Source of the DNA: Lactobacillus phage Lbab1
DNA length: 24,000 nucleotides
Sequence record: MT758689.1
Direction: 5' to 3' (one strand)
Position 1 is the first letter of the stretch; every line of letters begins with the position of its first letter. Below, piece after piece: positions 8,408 through 15,723 of the stretch. A program made the position numbers and the translations under genes. The notes beneath the pieces were generated by a model that was given only the letters and a program-made list of their open reading frames with translations, was not told the origin of the DNA and searched no databases.

Positions 8408-8680
8408 TTAGTTTATAAATTGTTCTTCCTCCATTAAAGAGATTGCCTTTTCATAGTAGCTTTCACTGACATCCTTACTTCCATAAAGCATAGCATTCCA
8501 TTCTGAACTTGTCAAGCCTAGCTTTTCCATGATCTGTTTGTCTGTTAGCTTTGAAAAGGCAAAGCCCCAACACATCTGTGCTCTACGCCTTTTACTAAAT
8601 GGAACATTTTCCATTTCCTTTGCTGCTAGCTGTTTAATTTTATCTGCAATTTGAATTATTTTCACCCTCAACCATAGCAT
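8408..8680 (-). CDS. hypothetical small protein; 5' end uncertain
   Basis: ORF overlaps the end of the upstream gene; the assigned start has no RBS. Confidence 0.6.
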   Translation of the reverse strand: MLWLRVKIIQIADKIKQLAAKEMENVPFSKRRRAQMCWGFAFSKLTDKQIMEKLGLTSSEWNAMLYGSKDVSESYYEKAISLMEEEQFIN

Positions 8681-8933
8681 TGTACATTGTGACTATAACG
8701 TCTTCAGGAACAGCTAAGTGATTAGCATTCATATTAGCAATCTTAGAGTCACAAGAATAAAGAGCGCCGTCAATCAAACCTGATTCAGCATCCTTTAAGT
8801 AGCACTCACCATAGTTACTTTTTAATCCATTGTATAGACACCTTATTGTGTCATTATCAAGAGAACATGCATACCCATTGTCATCTTTATAGTCAACATA
8901 ATAATCACTAATAAATACCTTTATCATGCTCAA
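8640..8933 (-). CDS. hypothetical protein, up to 97 aa; may start at MIKVFISDYY
   Basis: ORF with GGAGATTG sequence near the start. Confidence 0.65.
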   Translation of the reverse strand: MSMIKVFISDYYVDYKDDNGYACSLDNDTIRCLYNGLKSNYGECYLKDAESGLIDGALYSCDSKIANMNANHLAVPEDVIVTMYNAMVEGENNSNCR

Positions 8934-9105
8934 TCTCCTTATCCAGTTGCTTTAACCTATCCTTAATAGCTCTGCGAAGACTTATTTTTATGGCCGTTAT
9001 CCTTGTTGAACGCCCTTTAAATGGTGCTGTTAAATAAATATTATGATTAAACCTTCTGCTCTCTATCTTTTGCTTCTTTTTATTAGTCCGATCCCTTTTT
9101 CTCAC
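8908..9105 (-). CDS. small basic protein, 65 aa, GTG start
   Basis: GTG at 9105 preceded by GGGAG; very basic N-terminus. Confidence 0.6.
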   Translation of the reverse strand: MRKRDRTNKKKQKIESRRFNHNIYLTAPFKGRSTRITAIKISLRRAIKDRLKQLDKEIEHDKGIY

Positions 9106-9144
9106 CCAAGTATCTCCCTATCTTTTATAAGACTTTTTACTTTC

Positions 9145-9474
9145 TTAACATTCATCCAGATCACTTAGCCTTTCCTCTAGTACTTGATAGGACTCCTTAG
9201 CATACTGATCACTAAGCAACCTCTCGTTATCATCTAGACACTGCTTAACTTCTTTGATGCTCTCATTTTCTAAATCTGGAAGAGTATTAGCAATACCCCA
9301 GATTAGGTATAACTTAGCTTCTAATACAGTGTCGCTATCCTCCTCATTAGGATGTACTATATCCATGGCCTTTAAAATAGATGAATTACCTGCATCTGGA
9401 ATACTAGAATCGTACCAAAGGGTATCAAGGGCATATTCAACGTTTTTGTATAGGCTGTCTTTATCCTTGCTCAT
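9145..9474 (-). CDS. hypothetical acidic protein, 109 aa
   Basis: ORF. Confidence 0.7.
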   Translation of the reverse strand: MSKDKDSLYKNVEYALDTLWYDSSIPDAGNSSILKAMDIVHPNEEDSDTVLEAKLYLIWGIANTLPDLENESIKEVKQCLDDNERLLSDQYAKESYQVLEERLSDLDEC

Positions 9475-9643
9475 TTGATTCCTCCAAGTAATCTAAGTTC
9501 CCATCAATCTTGTAAAGATTATTAGCAACAACCCATTTAACTTCTGGAAAAAAATCCCCAAATGGTTGATCTGGTGCTTGCTGCTTCCACTTTAACAGCG
9601 CCATCATTAATACATCTGATCCAGTCCTAACTTGTGTATTCAT
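9461..9643 (-). CDS. hypothetical protein, 60 aa
   Basis: ORF with AGGAGG-like RBS. Confidence 0.65.
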   Translation of the reverse strand: MNTQVRTGSDVLMMALLKWKQQAPDQPFGDFFPEVKWVVANNLYKIDGNLDYLEESNEQG

Positions 9644-9653
9644 AAGATTCCTC

Positions 9654-9830
9654 CTAAGAAAATAGCAAAAGAGCTACAAAAAGTGTCCACCCAAATAGAC
9701 TACCGGATCCCATTATTGTAGCACATATAAAAGCAGTTGAGAGCGCCACAGCTTTTGAAATATTCTTAATAGCATAATATGTCCACGCACTATGTTCATT
9801 TTTATCTTGATTATCTTTATCATTTAACAT
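9654..9830 (-). CDS. small membrane protein, 58 aa (MLNDKDNQDKNEHSAWTYYAIKNISKAVALSTAFICATIMGSGSLFGWTLFVALLLFS)
   Basis: Not in the ORF track; read directly from the - strand. One or two hydrophobic segments and a GGAAAGTGG sequence upstream. Confidence 0.55.
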   Translation of the reverse strand: MLNDKDNQDKNEHSAWTYYAIKNISKAVALSTAFICATIMGSGSLFGWTLFVALLLFS

Positions 9831-9863
9831 TTTATGGTTCCCACTTTCCTAAGCATGCATCAT

Positions 9864-9902
9864 TAAAAAAATAAACTAGCCAACTTAACTATGACTAGTT
9901 TA
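9864..9902 (-). terminator. rho-independent terminator
   Basis: - strand AAACTAG ... CTAGTTT followed by ATTTTTTT. Confidence 0.65.
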
Positions 9903-9929
9903 GCACTCCTAAATCATTTTGTCAACAAC

Positions 9930-10340
9930 CTAAAAATTAGACAAATTCCTGCCACACCAAGGACAGTAGGCTATTTCAACTTCCTCTGTTTCACTATTTC
10001 CAACAAACTTGTCGCTATTAAACTTAAGCTTATTACCCCCTAAGGCCATCCACTTAACATTATCATCAACAATTGGCCGTCCTTTAAGACAATATGGACA
10101 GCCAATAGGAGTTGTTCCTAAAACAACATACCCATCAACCTGAGCATAATTAGTGATGAAGGTAACCCTCACCTTTATGCTACGCCCTGTATACTTTTTA
10201 CCGTCAAACTCTCTAAGAGATAGTACTGATCCAACCTTGTAATTTCGATCATTTTTACGAATTTCAAAATTCTTTTTTCCTTCAATCTGCGCTTGGAAGT
10301 ACATAGGGTCTATTTTCAAAACAATAGTATTACTTTTCAA
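9930..10340 (-). CDS. DUF3850-like (ASCH/PUA-like) domain protein with zinc-ribbon-like C-terminus
   Basis: N-terminus IVLKIDPMYFQAQIEGKKNFEIRKNDRNYKVGSVLSLREFD matches the DUF3850 pattern as I know it; CPYC ... CPWCGRNL cysteine knuckles. Confidence 0.75.
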   Translation of the reverse strand: MKSNTIVLKIDPMYFQAQIEGKKNFEIRKNDRNYKVGSVLSLREFDGKKYTGRSIKVRVTFITNYAQVDGYVVLGTTPIGCPYCLKGRPIVDDNVKWMALGGNKLKFNSDKFVGNSETEEVEIAYCPWCGRNLSNF

Positions 10341-10569
10341 TTTTCTTAGTCAGCTTCCTTCCACACCAAGGGCAGAAATTTACTCTTGTGAATGTCTCAT
10401 CACATCCCCATCCTTCATTATCTTCCGCTACTGCCACGGCAAACCATCTTCCATCCTCATGTTGTTCAAGAGTTGTTCCCTCTACGATGCCAGTAGAGAA
10501 ACCCTTACCAGTACGATACATTAAAAAGGGTGCATGACAATGGGGACATTCTTTCTGTTCCTGGTTCAT
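10330..10569 (-). CDS. zinc-ribbon protein, 79 aa (MNQEQKECPHCHAPF...NFCPWCGRKL)
   Basis: Start reassigned from 10626 to 10569 by the GGAGG RBS; CPHC...CPWC metal-binding pattern. Confidence 0.7.
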   Translation of the reverse strand: MNQEQKECPHCHAPFLMYRTGKGFSTGIVEGTTLEQHEDGRWFAVAVAEDNEGWGCDETFTRVNFCPWCGRKLTKKIEK

Positions 10570-10579
10570 TTTTCCTCCA

Positions 10580-11104
10580 TTATTCAAATTGCCACTTAAG
10601 TTTATCAATAGCATCTTTAGGATCAAGTTTAGTAACCCAATGTGGTATAGAGTGAAGGGATAGTTGTTGAAATTTATCTACTACAGCATACGTAGGAATG
10701 TATTTATTATCAGCACCAGATAAATTACTTGTATTTCTTTTATTAACTCGTTCTATTAAGTCTTCTAAAGGTACTTGAAAATCAACTACATAGACTCGAT
10801 AACGATATTTACGCGCTAACTCTCGATATATATTAATAGCTCGCTCAGTACCATGTGTAGCATCTATCACGGTAAACATTCCGGAACTCATACGGTATTC
10901 AAGCATCTTTAAGATTGCTTCCCAAACAGGACCATCCTTTTTGGCATTAGCGCTATAAAGGCCCTGCTCATTTCGCTTAGATAAAGCACCATACATAACC
11001 CGTACAGAATCTGGTGATAAAGTAAAATCTTCCAAGTGATTATTTTTCACCCATGTAGATTTACCAGAACCCATGGCACCTCTTAACAAAACTAATTGTC
11101 TCAT
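10580..11104 (-). CDS. polynucleotide-kinase-like P-loop protein (T4 Pnkp kinase-domain type)
   Basis: MRQLVLLRGAMGSGKSTWVKN Walker A; VIDATHGTERAINIYRELARKY and VYVVDFQVPLEDLIERVNKRN resemble phage 5'-kinase domains. AAGGAGG RBS. Confidence 0.7.
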   Translation of the reverse strand: MRQLVLLRGAMGSGKSTWVKNNHLEDFTLSPDSVRVMYGALSKRNEQGLYSANAKKDGPVWEAILKMLEYRMSSGMFTVIDATHGTERAINIYRELARKYRYRVYVVDFQVPLEDLIERVNKRNTSNLSGADNKYIPTYAVVDKFQQLSLHSIPHWVTKLDPKDAIDKLKWQFE

Positions 11105-11129
11105 TACTGTTTCGCCTCCTTATGAACTA

Positions 11130-11149
11130 CTCGTCACTAAAGTAACGAG
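11130..11149 (-). repeat. right-end hairpin / 3' end of probable omegaRNA
   Basis: 8-bp stem with one G-T pair and TTTA loop, 5' flank AGAAG, 3' flank TAGTTCAT. Confidence 0.7.
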
Positions 11150-11245
11150 CTTCTAGGAACACTGCATACTTGTACTTCCAGAATATTTGAAAGTATAGAG
11201 GTTACAGCTATTTTACTAAGGACTGTCCCAGCCCATACTATTCAT

Positions 11246-12388
11246 TTAAGCATTTAAGATATTGATAGCTGCATTAATGTCCCTATCATGATGAACACCA
11301 CAACGTGGACATGTCCATTCTCTAATATCTAAAGTATGCTTACCATCATCATAGCCACAATTAGAACATATTTGACTTGTTTTCATTGGGTTAACAGTGA
11401 CTAACTGCTTGCCATACCAAGCACACTTATACTCTAACTGTCTCCTAAGTTCTCTCCAACTTGCGTTAGCAATTGCTCTAGACAACTTATGATTTTTAAG
11501 AAGATTTTTGGTTTTCAAATCTTCTATCTTAACCACATCATAGCTAGAAACCAACTCCTTAGTAAGTAAATGCAAGTAGTTACTTCTTTGATTAGCTATT
11601 TTCTCGTTATACTTGGCAACCATTAGCTTTGCTTTCTGGTAGTTCTTAAAGTTGGAAAGCTCTCTAGGTTCTGGCACCTTATTGTGCTTATCCCAAGCTA
11701 TTGCTTCCTGAGCTTGTAGCCTTCGCCTAGCAAACCTTTTCTCCCAGTAGTGTTTTTTCTTAGCCATAATCTTGTCAAACCTAATAGTAGGGTACTTTAC
11801 CCCATCGCTAGTAATCATCAAATCAGCTAAACCCATATCAATACCTACCTGTTTTCCTGATTTGGGAAGTGCTTGGTTTTCACACTCTGCAATCAATACA
11901 AGGTAGTATTTACCAGTAGGGGTAAGTTTAATAGTTCCAGTCTTGACAGACGAAATTTCTTCTAATTTCTTACTACTACCTTTAAAATTCAAATATCCCA
12001 GTTTAGGGAACTTAATCTTGTTGTCCTTTAGCTTAATCGTAGAACTTGTTTGATAGCTTTGCTTAGGATACTTCTTTGATTTAAACTTAGGAAACCCTTT
12101 ATGCATTTTAAAGAACTTCTTGTAAGCATCAACTAGGTTTTTACAAGTTGTTTGTAAGCTACGACTTTCAGCATCCTTAAGCCAGGGATACTCCAGCTTC
12201 ATTGTGGGTAATAAGCTATTCAAAGTAAAGGCACTTGGAAAAGGTATCTTAGGGTTATTTTTGTATCTTTCTTGTAGCATACCCAGCATTTGATTCCAAA
12301 CAAAGCGGTTATATCCAAAATTCAATTTAATCTTCAACTGTTGTTCTCGGTTAGGATAAATGCATAATTTGATTCCCTTTAAAGTCAT
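11246..12388 (-). CDS. tnpB: TnpB (IS605 OrfB family RNA-guided nuclease), 380 aa
   Basis: RuvC-I VGIDMGLADL, RuvC-II VVKIEDLKTKNL, zinc finger CSNCGYDDGKHTLDIREWTCPRCG, RuvC-III HHDRDINAAINIL. Confidence 0.95.
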   Translation of the reverse strand: MTLKGIKLCIYPNREQQLKIKLNFGYNRFVWNQMLGMLQERYKNNPKIPFPSAFTLNSLLPTMKLEYPWLKDAESRSLQTTCKNLVDAYKKFFKMHKGFPKFKSKKYPKQSYQTSSTIKLKDNKIKFPKLGYLNFKGSSKKLEEISSVKTGTIKLTPTGKYYLVLIAECENQALPKSGKQVGIDMGLADLMITSDGVKYPTIRFDKIMAKKKHYWEKRFARRRLQAQEAIAWDKHNKVPEPRELSNFKNYQKAKLMVAKYNEKIANQRSNYLHLLTKELVSSYDVVKIEDLKTKNLLKNHKLSRAIANASWRELRRQLEYKCAWYGKQLVTVNPMKTSQICSNCGYDDGKHTLDIREWTCPRCGVHHDRDINAAINILNA

Positions 12389-12615
12389 GCTTTTCCTCCT
12401 TCCTTATAAAATATCAAATACTGATCTTCTACCTTAATGCACAAAATATTGTCACTATTTGAATGCTGCTTAGCACCGGATACCCCTTGCTTAGGAAACA
12501 AAGTGTTTGTATACCAAGTGTACCCTTTAGCAATGTCTCTAGCTTGCTTAATTGTTTCTGCTCTTTTTTCAACTAACAAAAAATGGCCTCCTTTATGTAC
12601 TTTACAATACACCAT
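12385..12615 (-). CDS. hypothetical protein, 76 aa, coupled to tnpB by ATGA overlap
   Basis: ORF; its stop overlaps the tnpB start and its 3' end carries the tnpB RBS. Confidence 0.65.
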   Translation of the reverse strand: MVYCKVHKGGHFLLVEKRAETIKQARDIAKGYTWYTNTLFPKQGVSGAKQHSNSDNILCIKVEDQYLIFYKEGGKA

Positions 12616-12646
12616 AGGAGGTCAAAAGTCAATCTATATTTTGTTT

Positions 12647-12895
12647 TCAAAGTTTTACAAGAGCCTTACCAGAAATCATTTTACCAATGAGCAAAGAGTC
12701 ATAACAGGCCAAGATTTTAATATCTCGTTTAATAATTTCCAGATAAACAAGATCATCTGAATAAGGTGTTCTTTTATCTACTTGATATATCAAATAGCTA
12801 TTATGAGGTATTTCAAGGCTCATTTTTCCTTGCTTAGTTTCAATATTAATGGCTGCATTATGATCAACATACTTAGATATATAAACCTTTGTCAT
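12647..12895 (-). CDS. hypothetical protein, about 82 aa
   Basis: Track ORF starts at 12940; GGAAAG RBS supports MTKVYISKY at 12895. Confidence 0.65.
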   Translation of the reverse strand: MTKVYISKYVDHNAAINIETKQGKMSLEIPHNSYLIYQVDKRTPYSDDLVYLEIIKRDIKILACYDSLLIGKMISGKALVKL

Positions 12896-12952
12896 AGTCT
12901 TTCCAACAAGCATCATATATTTTCCTTGGTATCCCAACACACTACTCCTTTA

Positions 12953-13159
12953 CTATTTCCACAATCCCATTTTTCTACCAATTAGATCTGGATCATTATC
13001 AACTTCTTTGCCATCCAATAACAGTACATCAGAAGTTTCTAGTCGGTGTCCATTAGCTAATAATAGAGCACCTCCTGCCTCAACCTTAAGACTGAAATTA
13101 TACCCAGCTTCATCTAGCCTGGAAACAATGCTAAGAATTGCTTTTGTCATTACTATCAT
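12953..13159 (-). CDS. hypothetical protein, about 68 aa (MIVMTKAILSIVSRLDEAGYNFSLKVEAGG...)
   Basis: Track ORF 12953..13264 overlaps the upstream gene extensively; an internal start at 13159 or 13150 with AGAAAGTG is more likely. Confidence 0.6.
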   Translation of the reverse strand: MIVMTKAILSIVSRLDEAGYNFSLKVEAGGALLLANGHRLETSDVLLLDGKEVDNDPDLIGRKMGLWK

Positions 13160-13706
13160 CACTTTCTGGCAGCTTATATGTGGCTCTGATTTCTGAGTCT
13201 TGCAGCATTTGCTCATAGTAATCAATGTAGCTAGATTGATTATAAGCATGGGTGAGAAGCCCAACCGGTGTTAAAGCAAGCAAAGGATTCGCGGGTAAGA
13301 CAAATCCCATTAAAGAACCTACAACCACAGGCAAAAGAACAAACAAATTAAACGAATTTTCCCAAATATTATCATCGTCCATACCTGCCGAGTTAATAGC
13401 TTTGCTATCCTTGAAGTATATAAAGAACATCCACATTGTAATAATTAGGGTGTGTGCTTGCATAGTATCTGCTGGCTTAACTCCGGATATAGACTCAATT
13501 CCAAAAAGTACAAGGAAATAGCTAATCGTAACAAGTATCATTAGCCACCCTGACACTATTTCATCATTAAGCAAGGATCTAAGTCTTTCTAGCTCTGCAT
13601 TTGCTTTTGCATAGGTTCCTGGGATCTTAACACTCACTGTTCTATGCTTAGTGTTAGTAACAACTGTATTGATAACTCCTAGTACTTCGTCATCTTGATC
13701 ATTCAA
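13131..13706 (-). CDS. putative membrane protein, two or more TM segments, TTG start
   Basis: AAGGAAGG RBS followed by TTG at 13706; hydrophobic segments WLMILVTISYFLVLFGI and NLFVLLPVVVGSLMGFVLP. Confidence 0.7.
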   Translation of the reverse strand: MNDQDDEVLGVINTVVTNTKHRTVSVKIPGTYAKANAELERLRSLLNDEIVSGWLMILVTISYFLVLFGIESISGVKPADTMQAHTLIITMWMFFIYFKDSKAINSAGMDDDNIWENSFNLFVLLPVVVGSLMGFVLPANPLLALTPVGLLTHAYNQSSYIDYYEQMLQDSEIRATYKLPESDDSNDKSNS

Positions 13707-13770
13707 ATTTTTTATACCTTCCTTTTTGTTTATGTAACAAGTATAACACAAGATACATTGAAAAACAAGC

Positions 13771-13797
13771 TATAAAAATAGGGGGATTAAATCCCCC
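13771..13797 (-). terminator. rho-independent terminator
   Basis: - strand GGGGGAT TTA ATCCCCC followed by TATTTTTAT. Confidence 0.75.
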
Positions 13798-13810
13798 ATT
13801 TCTTCTATTT

Positions 13811-14482
13811 TTATTTAATTTTACTAATGCCTTTCTTACGTCCATTAAGAGACTCAAGGTAATCCTTTTCTTTTCTCCTAAAACTGTTAACACGTTTTTC
13901 AATTTTGCTAATATCTGCTATAGCATCTACAGCCTCTGTTGTACCTACAGATTGTCTATCTTCTTCATCAAGATTGATTCCTCGGATTGTGTTTATGATA
14001 GCTAAAGAAACTACATTTACATTCAAACTATCTAGTACGGTATCCCCATCGGGCCATAACAGGTTGATTAGGTCTTGATAGCCATCATCACTTCCAACTA
14101 CACCATTAAACTCATCATCAAGGTCCATCCGGTAGTAGTCACTTGCGTCAACTGCACGAAACAACCTATGCTGCATCTTAATAGACACTTCATACTTAGG
14201 ATCAGGTAAATCTACATCGCCAATTTCGTATAATCCAGGCTGATCCTTTAGATAATTTTGTACAGAATTCTTAGCAAGATTTTTATCCCAAGCAAGCCAT
14301 TGAAAGTAGCTTTCAACTGCCCTATAATAGCGGCTTAAAATACTGATTGCAGAATTAGCTTGTTCCTTATCATGTGCATACAACCTAGCTAAATCGTAAT
14401 AGCTAAATTTTAAATCTTCTAACCGCTCATCAAGCCACGTTAATGGTACTCGTGGCGCCTTAAATTTTTCTTTTTCTTCCAT
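13811..14482 (-). CDS. hypothetical protein, 223 aa
   Basis: Long ORF between terminator and ncRNA block. Confidence 0.8.
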   Translation of the reverse strand: MEEKEKFKAPRVPLTWLDERLEDLKFSYYDLARLYAHDKEQANSAISILSRYYRAVESYFQWLAWDKNLAKNSVQNYLKDQPGLYEIGDVDLPDPKYEVSIKMQHRLFRAVDASDYYRMDLDDEFNGVVGSDDGYQDLINLLWPDGDTVLDSLNVNVVSLAIINTIRGINLDEEDRQSVGTTEAVDAIADISKIEKRVNSFRRKEKDYLESLNGRKKGISKIK

Positions 14483-14529
14483 TGTTTTCCCTCAATCAAT
14501 CAATCTATTTTACAACTCCGGAATTGTAA

Positions 14530-14586
14530 GGCGACTGTCAGGAGTCGAACCTGATTGTAGAGGCCATAAAATTGATCCTCAGTCGC
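14530..14586 (-). ncRNA. tRNA-like element lacking a D-arm (57 nt)
   Basis: - strand GCGACTG / CAGTCGC perfect 7-bp acceptor-like stem and perfect T-arm TCAGG TTCGACT CCTGA, with only 25 nt in between. Confidence 0.6.
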
Positions 14587-14835
14587 GATGCTGTCCACTA
14601 GCCACAACCCAAATGGAATTGGTAGTCTATTTTATCGACCAGTCATGTGACTCAGCATACGGTATTGGGTAATGTCAACCGCTTTGCCTTCTAGAAAGAC
14701 TCTAACCTTACATATGAGTACTATTATTTAAGTCCCAATACTCTCGGAGACTCAGAACACATGTTGTCATTTAGATAGTGTGTCAAATTGTTACTATACA
14801 GCGCTATACCCCATTAATGCTACCATGCATTCCTA

Positions 14836-14910
14836 TGTGAGAGATGGGAATCGAACCCACGTATTACCCGCCTGATGACGGGGCGCTTTTCCATTTAGCT
14901 ACGCTCAACC
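14836..14910 (-). ncRNA. degenerate tRNA-like sequence (75 nt)
   Basis: T-arm GTGGG TTCGATT CCCAT and D-arm-like AGCTAAATGGAAAAGC present, but acceptor stem is mismatched (GGTTGAG vs CTCTCAC) and the anticodon stem does not close around a 7-nt loop. Confidence 0.4.
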
Positions 14911-15723
14911 CATGCTATCCAAGGCGAAGGTTTCTAAGTCCTCGGTTACGTGCCAAGCTAATTCAGCACACCTTTGTAATCACCCATTATCCATGCTAGC
15001 AAACACGTAGGGATTTACCACCTATAAAGCAAATCATAAAACTGTTTGATGGCCGATACCTAGGCTAGCACCATCATGAGCACGTCTGCTGCTTTCCCCA
15101 TATTCCGTATCCATATGGAGCATTTCTGCAACGTAGGCTTTCGCCCGCAGTGGAGTCAAATTTTTATATCGCTGGTCGGGATTTGCACCCAACAATTGTG
15201 TAAATACAGGCTCGGTCTTACATAGCCATTGGCGCTAAGGATAGCCTTAAAGGTTATTTTCCCCCTAGTGTTTTGTACTCTCTTACCTACTTGAATACAG
15301 CGATGTCAACGATGGTTGAGGCGTACAATCAGCACGCTTACTACATGGACGTATGTAGCTCTTCTCCATCATTTTCACATTATTTTTCGGATACGCGCAT
15401 CCATCATAGCCCTTTTGACACGAGTCCTAGATACCGCGCTAGGCCGCTAAAGACAGAGCTGTCATCCAGTGTAAGTGTGTCTTCTTACACTGGCCATTTT
15501 TTGTTTGCTCGCTCTCCCAGTGTCAAATGGGGTCATCGCAAGCTGTGTCCGTTCGCTAAACTGGACAAAGAACTGTGCCACGACCTGCCGTGGCTGGTCC
15601 CGCTCAACCGGGCAGCTCATCCTCTAAGGAGGAATATAAGTTCACCCTGCTACTCATCGTCATGGTAGGCGTATCGGGACGTAGTGACGGTAGCTACTCC
15701 GTCACAGACCTTCACGGGTGAAA

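Larger units (their letters stand above)
11124..12388 (-). mobile_element. IS200/IS605-type tnpB element remnant (tnpB plus right end, no tnpA)
   Basis: tnpB ORF followed by a right-end palindrome 11130..11149 (CTCGTTAC TTTA GTGACGAG on - strand) and TAGTTCAT at the presumed terminus. No left-end hairpin recognised. Confidence 0.65.
14530..15722 (-). ncRNA. second structured non-coding region (possible ornate large RNA)
   Basis: No convincing ORFs; many stable hairpins: 15716-15722/15641-15647 enclosing GTGACGG...CCGTCAC, GCCACG GCAGGT CGTGGC, CCAGTGTAAG...CTTACACTGG, CTACAT...ATGTAG, CCTAG...CTAGG, and long-range GCTATCC/GGATAGC (15239-15245 with 14914-14920). Confidence 0.45.

Noticed and set aside
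11246-12388. TldR-type nuclease-dead TnpB repressor or a Cas12
   Set aside because: All RuvC acidic residues appear intact, arguing against TldR; size is 380 aa with no CRISPR array nearby, arguing against Cas12.
12437-13521. + strand ORFs 12437..12760, 12782..12985, 13008..13196, 13252..13521
   Set aside because: All antisense to better-supported - strand genes, without RBS or promoters seen.
14497-14535. Terminator at the end of the non-coding block
   Set aside because: The - strand TTACAAT TCCGGA GTTGTAA hairpin is followed only by AATAG, not a U-tract, so I do not call an intrinsic terminator.
14530-14910. tmRNA (ssrA)
   Set aside because: A D-armless tRNA-like end with T-arm raised this, but no matching 5' partner, tag-peptide ORF or characteristic tmRNA termini were seen.
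14920-15260. Additional tRNA at the TTGGG-TGCAAAT-CCCGA T-loop-like motif
   Set aside because: T-arm-like hairpin only; no acceptor or anticodon arm could be assembled. Probably part of a larger RNA fold.
15273-15668. + strand 131-aa ORF from the track
   Set aside because: Lies inside the hairpin-rich non-coding block, antisense to the presumed transcript, and is Ser/His/Arg-rich with no domain character; the 10-bp terminator-like hairpin lies inside it.
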